NCBI GenBank assembly: GCA_963676565.1
Contig: OY781089.1
Coordinates: 2,336,001 to 2,400,000, forward strand
Origin: Halarcobacter sp.
GTDB taxonomy: Bacteria; Campylobacterota; Campylobacteria; Campylobacterales; Arcobacteraceae
Reading direction: 5' to 3'
Length of the DNA: 64,000 nt
Shown here one piece after another: positions 1 to 9,874 of the stretch (position 1 is the stretch's first letter; each line of letters begins with the position of its first letter). A model generated the notes under the pieces. It was not told the origin of the DNA, searched no databases, and was given only the letters and a program-made list of their open reading frames with translations. Made by a program: the position numbers and the translations under genes.

Positions 1-1080
1 TAAAATATAACTATCTAAAAAATTTCCGTAACCTAATATATGAGATATCAATTCAAAAGGATAAAAAATAGTAAATCCTAAAGTTATTAGAGGTGATAGA
101 AGTTGTTCATAGGAGGTATTAAAAAAGAAAAAATGAACAATAGGATTAAAAACGAGGAAAATCCAAATATTAAATAATAGAAAACTAAATATTTTTGGTA
201 ACTCTTTAAAATACTGAAGATATAAAAAGATATAAAATACACCAATAATTGAGAACCAAAAAGATATTGAAAATAAGAACTGAGGGAATAAAGAGATTAT
301 TATCAAAAAAGTTAATACTAAAGTTTGAAAAGAAAGAATTTTCATGTTTGAACGAAGAAATAAAAAAGCTAAAACAAACATTATAAAGCTTCTTAACAAA
401 GATGGTACCAAGTTGGATAAAAGTAAATATAAAAATAAAATTATAGTTGTTAATACCATTACATCAGCTCTTTTATTTCTAAAAATAAAATATCTTTTAT
501 GAAAATAACTATAAGGAAAATAGATCAACCAATAAACTATAAAAGAGAGTATTGCCAAATGGAACCCAGATATTGCTATTAAATGGCTAATACTAAAGTT
601 TGTATAAACCTCTCTATATTCTTTTGAAATTGGAATTGCTAAAAATAAAGCAGAGAATAATTCTTGTAATTTTTTATTGTCATGTTGTTCATTTATTTTT
701 AAAAGAAGTTTTTCTTTTAGGGTATCATCTGAAAAAATCTCATCATGATAAAGTGATTTTGAATAAAAACCTTTTAAAAATTCATAAAAACTTATATTAG
801 TGGTTAAAATAGCGATATTTATATTACTAAGCTTTTTTATCAAAGTGTCTTTTTCAATAGATGTATACAAAACTAGGTTCTTTTCTTGAAGTTTCAACAC
901 ATAAAAATCTTCTTTATCATAAATATTTTGTATTTTAAAGTTTGAATAATAAACTTCTTGGGAAGTAAAATCTTTATATTTCATATACTCATGAATTATA
1001 TTAAATAAAAATACAAGTGATAAAAATAAAATTATTAAAATAAAATCTTTTTTTGAAGAGAGTACTTGTAGACTGTTCAT
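1..1080 (-). CDS. comEC: ComEC/Rec2 family competence membrane protein (3' end runs off the window; missing from the ORF track)
   Basis: Hand translation from ATG at 1080 gives MNSLQVLSSKKDFILIILF... with ComEC motifs SHLIAISGFHLAIL and PSLLRSFIM and many hydrophobic segments. Confidence 0.85.
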   Translation of the reverse strand, partial: MNSLQVLSSKKDFILIILFLSLVFLFNIIHEYMKYKDFTSQEVYYSNFKIQNIYDKEDFYVLKLQEKNLVLYTSIEKDTLIKKLSNINIAILTTNISFYEFLKGFYSKSLYHDEIFSDDTLKEKLLLKINEQHDNKKLQELFSALFLAIPISKEYREVYTNFSISHLIAISGFHLAILSFIVYWLIYFPYSYFHKRYFIFRNKRADVMVLTTIILFLYLLLSNLVPSLLRSFIMFVLAFLFLRSNMKILSFQTLVLTFLIIISLFPQFLFSISFWFSIIGVFYIFLYLQYFKELPKIFSFLLFNIWIFLVFNPIVHFFFFNTSYEQLLSPLITLGFTIFYPFELISHILGYGNFLDSYIL

Positions 1081-1096
1081 AAAAAACAGTCTACAA
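1066..1096. promoter_or_regulatory. 12-bp perfect inverted repeat downstream of ovoA; the loop contains the comEC start codon
   Basis: TTGTAGACTGTT-CATAAAA-AACAGTCTACAA. Confidence 0.6.
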
Positions 1097-1116
1097 TAAT
1101 ATAAGTTTATAAATTA

Positions 1117-3246
1117 TTAATTAACTTTTTTCCAAATACTCATTTGAGAAAGTGTATGTTGATGTTTTCTAGCTGTTTCTCTAATAACGAAAGGTACGTC
1201 AATAGTTTCAAGTAATTCAAATTTATCTTGTAAATTCTCTTTTAGAGTATCTAAAGTTTCTACTTCCTTGTTATCTTTTAGAAAACCTCCAAGCCAGTTT
1301 TCTTTTGGTGTATAATCCTCTAACCAAGTATAAGGACTTAAAATTACTAATAAACCATCTTTATTTACCCTATTTGGAATATCATCTAAAAATTTTTGAG
1401 GATAATATAATCTATCAATTAAATTTGAACAAAAAATCAAATCATATCCAGTGTATAAATCTTTTAAATTACAAGCATCACCTTGCATAAAAGTTACTTT
1501 GTTTTTAATCTCATCAAGACCAAAACCTTTTAAAGATACAGTTTTTTCTTCAAAAAGTTCACCTTGAGTTGCTACTTTAAAAGTTAAAGAATCATATTTT
1601 TTTAGCTTTACTCCTACATTGATAAAGTTTGCTGAAAAATCAATTCCTAAAACTTCATCAAAATATTTTGCTAGTTCAAAAGTACTTCTTCCAACCGAGC
1701 ATCCTAAATCCATCGCTTTTTTAGTTTGTATATCTTTTAAATATGGTTTTAATATTTCCACACTATTTTTTGGAAAGTTTTTAACCCCAAAATACTCATC
1801 ACCATAATGAAATTCACAATACTGAGAGATTTGTTCATCTGTTTCATAAACATTGTTATTTAGTTTTGTTCTATAATCATTATCTGATTTAACATATCTA
1901 AATCCTGCATGTTGAAAAAAATGTTTTCTAAAGGCATATCTTGCACTTCTTAAAATCTCATTTCCTAAAGATATAAAAGAACCACCTTTTATTAAAGCGT
2001 GTCTATCATCAAAAGTTGGAGTAGTAAAGTCATCATATATAGGATGTGTTTTAAAGCCATCAAAAGGATATGTAGGAGTTACGCTCCATTGCCATACATT
2101 TCCAACTACATCAAAGAACTCGTCAAAATTGTATTTATCAACAGGCGTTTGATTAAAGAAATTTAATCCTAAGTTTGCTTCACCATTTTTAACCTTATCT
2201 TGAGCATTTACATAATCATTTAATCTATAAAATTCATCTTCACTTGGAAGTCTAACCTCAAAACCTAACTTTTCACTCTTATATTTACAAAATGCTTCAG
2301 CTTCATATACATTTATATCAACTGGATAGTTTAAAGGAAGAGGTACAATTCTATTTATCTCTCTTAAAAAATATTCTCCATCTTGTTTTAACCAAAATGT
2401 TGGCATTTTAGCTTGCTTGAAATCTAACCATTTTATACCATCTTCACTAAAGTAATGAAGTTTTGAATATCCTCCATCTTTAACAAACTCCAAAAATTCT
2501 CCATTTGAAACAAGATATTTACTTGCTTTAAAATCTTTTATATATGCTTTATGAAAGGCAAACTCATTATCCCATCCATAAAAAACTGGATTTTCGTAAT
2601 CTTTTTCCAAGAAAACTTCTCCACCTTTTACATCAATAAGTTCATTTTGTGGATATTTTTCAGAGAATTCATTACAGTATTGAAAAGTTTCATCTTTAAT
2701 TAGATATTTAATATCTAATTCCCTTAAAAGTACAGAAGATGTTTCAATATGGATATTTTCATGTTCAATTCCCATAAGAATAATCCACATAGGAGATTCC
2801 CAATTAATTGGAATAGTAAACTCAATGGTATCAATTATTTCCAAAACCAATGCCTTTACTTCATCTCTATATTGTTTTACCTCTTCATATGTTGGCCATT
2901 CATAGTTTTCACTATTTAAATCATCCCAACTCATCTCATCAACGCCAATAGCAAAAATAGATTCAAATTTTTTATTAATTCTTTTTGTTGTGATATTTGA
3001 GATATTTAATTTATTCATAAAAAAAGTAGCAGTATGCCCATAATAAAAAATAAGAGGTTGTCTTAATTTATTTGGTTGTTTATGAAAATATTTTTTGTCT
3101 TCAAGTAACTCGAATAGTTTTTCGTCTAATTCATATGTTTGAAGAAAGTAATTTCTAATCTCAGCTCTCTTTTCTTCAACAGTGCCCTCATCTAATCTAA
3201 TTGTGTCTTTTCTATAACTTCCCATGCTTTCTTTTCTATAATTCAT
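1117..3246 (-). CDS. ovoA: 5-histidylcysteine sulfoxide synthase OvoA (DinB-like + FGE-sulfatase + SAM methyltransferase), ovothiol biosynthesis
   Basis: LIFYYGHTATFF, iron motif HENIHIE (HX3HXE), GNVWQW, HPIYDDF, RYAFRKHFFQHAGFRY, C-terminal DLGCSVGR methyltransferase. Confidence 0.92.
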   Translation of the reverse strand: MNYRKESMGSYRKDTIRLDEGTVEEKRAEIRNYFLQTYELDEKLFELLEDKKYFHKQPNKLRQPLIFYYGHTATFFMNKLNISNITTKRINKKFESIFAIGVDEMSWDDLNSENYEWPTYEEVKQYRDEVKALVLEIIDTIEFTIPINWESPMWIILMGIEHENIHIETSSVLLRELDIKYLIKDETFQYCNEFSEKYPQNELIDVKGGEVFLEKDYENPVFYGWDNEFAFHKAYIKDFKASKYLVSNGEFLEFVKDGGYSKLHYFSEDGIKWLDFKQAKMPTFWLKQDGEYFLREINRIVPLPLNYPVDINVYEAEAFCKYKSEKLGFEVRLPSEDEFYRLNDYVNAQDKVKNGEANLGLNFFNQTPVDKYNFDEFFDVVGNVWQWSVTPTYPFDGFKTHPIYDDFTTPTFDDRHALIKGGSFISLGNEILRSARYAFRKHFFQHAGFRYVKSDNDYRTKLNNNVYETDEQISQYCEFHYGDEYFGVKNFPKNSVEILKPYLKDIQTKKAMDLGCSVGRSTFELAKYFDEVLGIDFSANFINVGVKLKKYDSLTFKVATQGELFEEKTVSLKGFGLDEIKNKVTFMQGDACNLKDLYTGYDLIFCSNLIDRLYYPQKFLDDIPNRVNKDGLLVILSPYTWLEDYTPKENWLGGFLKDNKEVETLDTLKENLQDKFELLETIDVPFVIRETARKHQHTLSQMSIWKKVN

Positions 3247-3316
3247 TATTACCCCTTTTTATATGAGGGTTATTTTAGTAATTTTAAATTACAACTTGTA
3301 TTCAATAAATGTTAGT

Positions 3317-5518
3317 TTATAAATTTATGTTTTCAATTTTACCTTTTTTAACAAACTTTTCAATTAAACAATCTATTTGATTTTTTTCGTAAGTATCCAC
3401 TAAATTTATATGTTTCTTTAATCTAATCATTAAATCTTTAGTTGATTTTCCCATTAACATATTAGCAATAATATTTTCACAAAGTATAATACCTAATCTT
3501 TTTATTGAATTTGTAGTATCTAAAATCTCTATTGCTTCTAGGGTGAGTTTATCAACCGTTTCTAAACACTTTTTATCATCAATAACTAAAGATTTATATA
3601 AGATATTTAATGCCTGATTATGAAGAACTACAGGCATCTCATCTCTATCTCCAACTGAAGTTTTTAATAATAAACCTATATTCCCCATATGAACTGATTT
3701 ATCTATTGTTTCAATATTTTCAAGATTTTCAAAAATAAATTTCAATCTATACGAAATAGACATATTAATAAAGGTTCCACCATACTCAAAGTCACCTAGA
3801 TTTGGTATCGCTAGACATTTTTTGTAGTTTTTTATTGCATTTTCATAATCTTCATTCCATTCACAATAATTAGCCTTAATATTATAGTAATGCCATAACC
3901 AAATAGGTTCATTATCATAATTGTGAGAATACAATAAACTTTCTAACTCTTCTAATAGTTTTATTCCCTCTTGTTTTTTCTCTTCATCTCTTTTTGAAAC
4001 AATAATCCAAGATTTTCTTTGTAAAAATTTTACTTCTATTTCTTCTATTTTATTATCTCTTTTTTTAACAATATTTTCTGGTAAAGTTTCATATGCTTTA
4101 TTAAAATCTCCCATTCTTTCATATAATGAGCTAATATCAACAGCATATTTATTTGGGTTTATTTCAAAAAGATATTGAGAGATCAATAATGCTTGCTGGA
4201 AGTAACCATTTCTTTCAAATAAAAATTTTAAATCAGCTAAAGATTTAATTGATAATTTTCTATATATGGAATTATTTGTTAATTCAAAGTTTTCAATCTG
4301 CTGTGGATCAAACATTTCACCAGCTATATCAAACCAATAATTATCAATCAATGAGTATTGTTGTTTATTCTTTATTGCAAGAATAAGTTTTTGTAAAATT
4401 GCTATGGTTCTTTTATCATCTAAAACTATATCTTTTACATAATAATATAAAATAAGTAAAGAGATAGGATTATCAAAATACTCTAAGCACTCTTCTATAT
4501 GGTTTCTTAGATAGTAAGATAGTCTTCTTTTTTCATCTTCTAAATCTTTATTTTTTACAATATCAGAAAAATATATTTGTGCAGATTTTTCCTGCTTTAC
4601 AAATTTAAAATCATCAAAACTTCTATTTATAAAGTTTTGAAAACCTGAAATTAAAATATTTGAATCATTTTTAGTATCAAAAAAGTTTCTACCACAATAT
4701 TCAAATAACTCTAAAGAGATAAAAGTTTTTTGACATTTACTATTTGTAATAAACTTAGTTGAGCTTAAATGCATCAAAGAATAAAGGTTTTTTTCCTTTG
4801 AAGATAACAAAAATTCAATATCAGAATCAAATTTCCCATTTTTAACATTTTCAAAAACAATCTCACTTACTCCAAGTTTTTTTAATCTATTTTCAAGAAC
4901 TTTTTTTAAATCATTTCTCACATAAAAGTTCACTTCATCAAAGTTTTTCAGTAAAGTTGGAATAATCAAACGATTCATCCAATGATTTTTTTCAAGAATA
5001 TCAACATTGTAAATATTTACTGAAGTCTTTCTGTTTAGTTCTTTTAAAGCAACTTGAAGCCTTTTTAATCTTCTTGTATCTTTATTAAACCATGATTGTA
5101 AACCATCTTTTAATTGACTGCTTTCACCTTCTAATATTGAAGGCATCATTAAAAGACCAAAAAAGAAAATCAAAACAAAAAAAAGTGAGATATAATCATC
5201 CAAGCCCATATTAAATGGTGTTTCAAATAAGATTTTTTTGAACATATCTTCATATAAAGAGGAAGAGATTAAAGCAAAAAGGATAATAATAACAGAAATA
5301 ACACTTAAAAAAAGTGTTGATATTTTTTTTCTAAACCTATAAAAAGATGATGAATTTCCACACACACTATTTAAAGAAGATTCAAAATCATCTAAACTAT
5401 CTGTATCAAAATATGTAATTTCAATGCCATTTTCATTTTTTTTGATTAGTGAATCATCTTTTGTTTTTCTACTAAATTTATTTAAATCTCCACTTATAAT
5501 AGTCGATTTACTCTTCAT
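3317..5518 (-). CDS. Hypothetical membrane-anchored protein with C-terminal TPR-like helices
   Basis: 733 aa, two N-terminal hydrophobic segments, TPR-like helices (ENAIKNYKKCL); overlaps the upstream gene. Confidence 0.55.
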   Translation of the reverse strand: MKSKSTIISGDLNKFSRKTKDDSLIKKNENGIEITYFDTDSLDDFESSLNSVCGNSSSFYRFRKKISTLFLSVISVIIILFALISSSLYEDMFKKILFETPFNMGLDDYISLFFVLIFFFGLLMMPSILEGESSQLKDGLQSWFNKDTRRLKRLQVALKELNRKTSVNIYNVDILEKNHWMNRLIIPTLLKNFDEVNFYVRNDLKKVLENRLKKLGVSEIVFENVKNGKFDSDIEFLLSSKEKNLYSLMHLSSTKFITNSKCQKTFISLELFEYCGRNFFDTKNDSNILISGFQNFINRSFDDFKFVKQEKSAQIYFSDIVKNKDLEDEKRRLSYYLRNHIEECLEYFDNPISLLILYYYVKDIVLDDKRTIAILQKLILAIKNKQQYSLIDNYWFDIAGEMFDPQQIENFELTNNSIYRKLSIKSLADLKFLFERNGYFQQALLISQYLFEINPNKYAVDISSLYERMGDFNKAYETLPENIVKKRDNKIEEIEVKFLQRKSWIIVSKRDEEKKQEGIKLLEELESLLYSHNYDNEPIWLWHYYNIKANYCEWNEDYENAIKNYKKCLAIPNLGDFEYGGTFINMSISYRLKFIFENLENIETIDKSVHMGNIGLLLKTSVGDRDEMPVVLHNQALNILYKSLVIDDKKCLETVDKLTLEAIEILDTTNSIKRLGIILCENIIANMLMGKSTKDLMIRLKKHINLVDTYEKNQIDCLIEKFVKKGKIENINL

Positions 5519-6074
5519 CTTTTAAACCATCTTTTGCAAACTTATTTTGAATAGGATCACTAAAAATATAGTTTCCATCTTTTATTGAAAAAGGGAAATT
5601 TGAATATGATTTTATAAATTCCTCTTTAAACTCTTTCGAATATGGTTCTAAACCATCTTCTAAAAGTTTAATATACTTTTTAGGGATAAAAGCTTTTTGA
5701 TTTGAACTGTGCGCTACTTTTTCAGGGTTTGTAGTCATAAAAGTAAAAATCTTTTCATCTGTTTTAAAACCTTTTATAGAATCGATTTCTATACATGAAT
5801 AATTCTTTTCTCTAAGCTTTAAAAACTCAAACTCTTCATCTGTAATTTTAAGTAAAACACCATTAGTTGACTCATTTGTATCTTTTTCTAAGTTTAAAAA
5901 AACTGCATCAGTAATCTTTTCTTCACCTTCAAAAATCACATGTTCAATGGAGTTCCAAACCTTTTTAAAACCCTTTACTTCAACTGTAATAAAATCACTA
6001 TTTCTAAGTTTTCTTTTAAAAGATTTTTGAGCACTATTTATGTTTACTAAAGAACCAAAACCAAAGATATACAT
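5508..6074 (-). CDS. Gamma-glutamylcyclotransferase (GGCT/ChaC-like) family protein
   Basis: N-terminal YIFGFGSLVN, NGVL and LKLREKNY motifs. Confidence 0.75.
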   Translation of the reverse strand: MYIFGFGSLVNINSAQKSFKRKLRNSDFITVEVKGFKKVWNSIEHVIFEGEEKITDAVFLNLEKDTNESTNGVLLKITDEEFEFLKLREKNYSCIEIDSIKGFKTDEKIFTFMTTNPEKVAHSSNQKAFIPKKYIKLLEDGLEPYSKEFKEEFIKSYSNFPFSIKDGNYIFSDPIQNKFAKDGLKDEE

Positions 6075-6554
6075 TTAAACAATTTTTTCTTTTGAAAGGA
6101 TAATTCCATCTGTGTCAGCATAGATATAATCACCATCATTAAACTGTACACCACAAAAAGATAATTCAATATTTCTTTGACCTTCAGTTACAGGTATATA
6201 TTTTCTTGGACAAGTCCCTCTAGCAAATAGAGCAACAGGAATATCTTTTATCTGAAAAGTGTCTCTAATATATCCATTTACAATTATCCCTTCAAAATTA
6301 TTCTGATGGGCAAACTTCATCAAGTTATCACCTACAACAGCATAATATTCCTCTTCAACATCAACAACAACAATTTTTCCTGTTCCATCTTCATCTCTTA
6401 GTAATTTAACCAATTCACTGTTATTTCTATCAAGCTTTAGAGTTACTACTGTTCCACAAATTTTATCTTTTGCACCATAGTTTTTAAATTCATTGTCTAA
6501 AACATGAACTTTATCTGCATGTTCATCACAAATATCAGCTGTAAAAAATTCCAT
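6075..6554 (-). CDS. rraA: RraA / HMG-aldolase family protein
   Basis: TADICD, AVVGDNL, GYIRD and DGDYIYADTDGI motifs; 159 aa. Confidence 0.85.
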   Translation of the reverse strand: MEFFTADICDEHADKVHVLDNEFKNYGAKDKICGTVVTLKLDRNNSELVKLLRDEDGTGKIVVVDVEEEYYAVVGDNLMKFAHQNNFEGIIVNGYIRDTFQIKDIPVALFARGTCPRKYIPVTEGQRNIELSFCGVQFNDGDYIYADTDGIILSKEKIV

Positions 6555-6663
6555 ATAATATATCCTTATTTATTTTTTAAGCTTCAATTATCTCTAAAAT
6601 GTTATTAAAATCACTTTTTCTATACAATAAACTTTTAAAATATAAAAAACAAAAGAGAGAAAG

Positions 6664-7653
6664 ATGAAAATATATTTTATTTTATTTCTAACAATATTTT
6701 TATTAGGATGTTCTAATAAAACAGTTACTATAAAATCTTTACAGCCATCACAAATTTCTAACATAAGAGTACATGATGTTATTTTAGAGGAGTTTGTAAA
6801 TGATAATATTAATCAAACAAATTATTTAGAAGAGCAAATTGTCAATAAAATAGTTGAAAATAAAAGAGTTTTTACCCTTAGACCTTCGTACAAAAATATT
6901 GATGCAATAATAACAGGTGAGGTTTTAAACTCATCTATACATTTTAGTTATTATTATGAAGATGATGTAGATTATTCTAGATGTGTTAGATTTGAATATA
7001 AAGATGGGAAAAGAACAAATAAATGTATAGAGTATAAAAAGATTAAAATCCCTTGTGAAAGAAAAGATTATTATGTACAAACAAAAATTGATGTTTTAGA
7101 TTATAATGAAACTACTCTTTTTTCTAAAATCTATAAAGGACATAGACAAAATATCGATTGTAACTATACAAGAAGATTTTTTACTCAATATTTTTTAAAT
7201 GTAGACAGAGTAAAAAACAACTCAACAGATTCTATGAATCTAGATATTGCAAAACAAATAGCAGCAAAGGCAATCAATGATATTTCACCCCACTATGAGT
7301 ATACAAAGATTGAATTCTTTTCAAAACTTCATAATGACAACTATCCAGAAATGATAAATAAAAGCTTTGAAAATATTGTAGAGTTATTAGAAAAGAACCA
7401 AACTAATATTGCTCAAGAAAAGCTTATTATTTTAAACGAGCAATTAAATTCAAACTCTTACGAGGTTTTATATAATTTGGCTTTAACTTACGAAAATCAA
7501 AGTTTATTTACAAAAGCTAGAAGATATTATTTAGAAGCAAAAGATATATGTTCAAATAGTGAGGATTTAATATTGATTAATAAAGCTATTGAAAGAGTAT
7601 CTGTAAATTCATATAATAATTCCAAAGCAAAATCTCAATTGATTAAAAACTAG
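6664..7653 (+). CDS. Lipoprotein with C-terminal TPR
   Basis: Lipobox LLGC; YNLALTYE...KARRYY TPR-like segment. Confidence 0.65.
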   Translation: MKIYFILFLTIFLLGCSNKTVTIKSLQPSQISNIRVHDVILEEFVNDNINQTNYLEEQIVNKIVENKRVFTLRPSYKNIDAIITGEVLNSSIHFSYYYEDDVDYSRCVRFEYKDGKRTNKCIEYKKIKIPCERKDYYVQTKIDVLDYNETTLFSKIYKGHRQNIDCNYTRRFFTQYFLNVDRVKNNSTDSMNLDIAKQIAAKAINDISPHYEYTKIEFFSKLHNDNYPEMINKSFENIVELLEKNQTNIAQEKLIILNEQLNSNSYEVLYNLALTYENQSLFTKARRYYLEAKDICSNSEDLILINKAIERVSVNSYNNSKAKSQLIKN

Positions 7654-7724
7654 TATTAAAGTACAAAAAGTTGATACCAAGATATTACTACAAATGGTAA
7701 ACTTAAAAGAAATAAGGATTTATC

Positions 7725-9149
7725 ATGAAAGTTTTGTTAACAGGTTCAACAGGATATATTGGAAGAAGATTAAAACAAAGACTATCAACTAGAGATGATA
7801 TAGACTTAAAAATTTTTGTACGAAATAAAAAATCACACTCAAACTTAACTTTAAATAGTTTTGAAATTTTTGAGGGTGATACCTTTGATAAAGAAAAACT
7901 TGAAACAGCTTTACAAGGTGTAGATATAGCTTTTTATCTAATACATTCACTAAATAATAAAAACTATAAAGATTTAGACAAAATCTCCGCTAAGAATTTT
8001 ATAGAAGCAGCAGAAAAATGTGGTGTAAAAAGAGTAATATACCTTGGAGGATTAGGTGTAAAAAATGAAAACACCAGTGAACATCTTTTAAGTAGAATTG
8101 AAACAGGTGAAGTTCTTTCTTCATCTAAAAAAGTGCAAACTATATGGATTAGAGCTGGGGTTATTATTGGTTCAGGAAGTACTAGTTTTGAGATTATTAG
8201 AAATTTAACAGAAAAACTTCCTATAATGACTACACCAAAATGGGTTTATACAAAAACACAAGCAATAGGTGTTGATGATGTATTAAACTATTTAGAACAA
8301 TCAATAGATTTAGAATCTAAAGAAAACCTAGTTGTAGATATTGGAAGTGAACAATTAACCTATAAAGATATGATGATTCAAACAGCTCAAGCACTTGACT
8401 TAAAAAGGATAATTATCCCCTTGCCTTTTTTGTCAATTACCCTCTCATCTTATTGGTTAAACTTATTTACCCCTGTACAATTTACTGTTGCAAAAGCTTT
8501 AATCGAAGGATTAAAATCTGAAGTTGTAATTCAAAATGACAATGCCCAAAAATATTTTCCAAATATAAAACCAATAAGTTATAAAGAGGCTGTCAAAAAA
8601 GCAATTAAAGAGATAAAATCAAACCAAGTTATTAGTAGATGGAGCGATACAGGTGGAAGAATTTGGGAGAAAAATCACACCCAAGAGATAGCTGATGCGA
8701 TTTTCGTAGATAGAAAAGAAAGAATAATAAATAATATCAATAAAGAAGCTATATACAAAAGTTTTATTTCAATAGGTGGTAAAAATGGCTGGTTTGCTTA
8801 TGATTTTCTTTGGGAGATTAGAGGTGTTTTAGATAAGTTAATTGGTGGAGTTGGATTAAAAAGGGGGAGACGAAGCCAAAATGATTTAAGAATTGGTGAA
8901 TCGTTGGACTTTTGGAAGGTTGTAGATATTAAAGAAAATGAAAGACTTTTACTTTTTGCTCAAATGAAACTTCCAGGCCTTGCTTGGTTAGAGTTTAAAA
9001 TTGAAGATAATAAACTAATTCAATCAGCTTATTATTATCCAAAAGGTGTTTTTGGTAGATTGTATTGGTATTGTTTAATCCCAATTCATTATTTAGTTTT
9101 TAACAATATGATAGATTCAATTATAAAAAAATCTGCCAATGCTGACTGA
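7725..9149 (+). CDS. YbjT-like NAD(P)-binding SDR oxidoreductase with DUF2867
   Basis: TGSTGYIG Rossmann motif; C-terminal GGKNGW, LDFWKV, MKLPGLAWLEF, GRLYWY. Confidence 0.85.
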   Translation: MKVLLTGSTGYIGRRLKQRLSTRDDIDLKIFVRNKKSHSNLTLNSFEIFEGDTFDKEKLETALQGVDIAFYLIHSLNNKNYKDLDKISAKNFIEAAEKCGVKRVIYLGGLGVKNENTSEHLLSRIETGEVLSSSKKVQTIWIRAGVIIGSGSTSFEIIRNLTEKLPIMTTPKWVYTKTQAIGVDDVLNYLEQSIDLESKENLVVDIGSEQLTYKDMMIQTAQALDLKRIIIPLPFLSITLSSYWLNLFTPVQFTVAKALIEGLKSEVVIQNDNAQKYFPNIKPISYKEAVKKAIKEIKSNQVISRWSDTGGRIWEKNHTQEIADAIFVDRKERIINNINKEAIYKSFISIGGKNGWFAYDFLWEIRGVLDKLIGGVGLKRGRRSQNDLRIGESLDFWKVVDIKENERLLLFAQMKLPGLAWLEFKIEDNKLIQSAYYYPKGVFGRLYWYCLIPIHYLVFNNMIDSIIKKSANAD

Positions 9150-9870
9150 AATTTCTATGAAATTCCCCAAGGGCATTTTTAGAAAAATAGTGAATATATT
9201 TATCTTTTGAAATAAAAAAATAAACCCTTGGAGAATATGGTTTATGTTTTATGGCAATAACTTTAAAAAACCTATTTTCCAATTTTTCTTTTATAATTTT
9301 AATTTGATTATCGTGGGGCATTGAACGGTTTAGATGATGATAAACGACAACTGATCTTCCAATATTATATAACTGTTCTATTTCATCAAGAAAAATATAT
9401 TTTCCTGCTTTAGATTTCTTAGAGAAGTTGTCAAACCCTAATAGGTCTATATCTTTTTCTTCTTTTCTTACCTTTGTTGCAATACCATTATCAGGATCAA
9501 CAAAAATAAAATCAGCATCTTTTGAAAATCTTAGTGCTTCTAAAAACCACTCTTTTCTAAAATCTAATCTATCTTTTCCATTTTCATTTACATATTTTGA
9601 AAAATATTCGCAGTTAGATAAAAGATTTAAACTCTCCAAAGCTTTTACACTTCTTTGTCCACTAACAAGCTTTTTAAAAGAGTTTTCTAAATATATGTCA
9701 ATATCTTTTACTTTATCAAAATAATTGATATACATACCATCACTATTGTGGGATTCATCTGGATACATGTACCAAATTTGTTTTAATTTATAACTATTAT
9801 GATTAAAAAGTGTTCTTAATAGATGAAACTTTCCAAAATCTCCAATATCAGCCGCATATCTATCTTGCAT
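9121..9870 (-). CDS. Conserved hypothetical protein, possible SAM-methyltransferase-like fold
   Basis: MQDRYAADIGDFGKFHLL and FIFVDPDNG motifs. Confidence 0.5.
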   Translation of the reverse strand: MQDRYAADIGDFGKFHLLRTLFNHNSYKLKQIWYMYPDESHNSDGMYINYFDKVKDIDIYLENSFKKLVSGQRSVKALESLNLLSNCEYFSKYVNENGKDRLDFRKEWFLEALRFSKDADFIFVDPDNGIATKVRKEEKDIDLLGFDNFSKKSKAGKYIFLDEIEQLYNIGRSVVVYHHLNRSMPHDNQIKIIKEKLENRFFKVIAIKHKPYSPRVYFFISKDKYIHYFSKNALGEFHRNFSQHWQIFL

Positions 9871-9874
9871 AACA

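Noticed and set aside
600..800. 66-aa plus-strand ORF in the track
   Set aside because: Antisense shadow of comEC, which the track missed because it runs off the window
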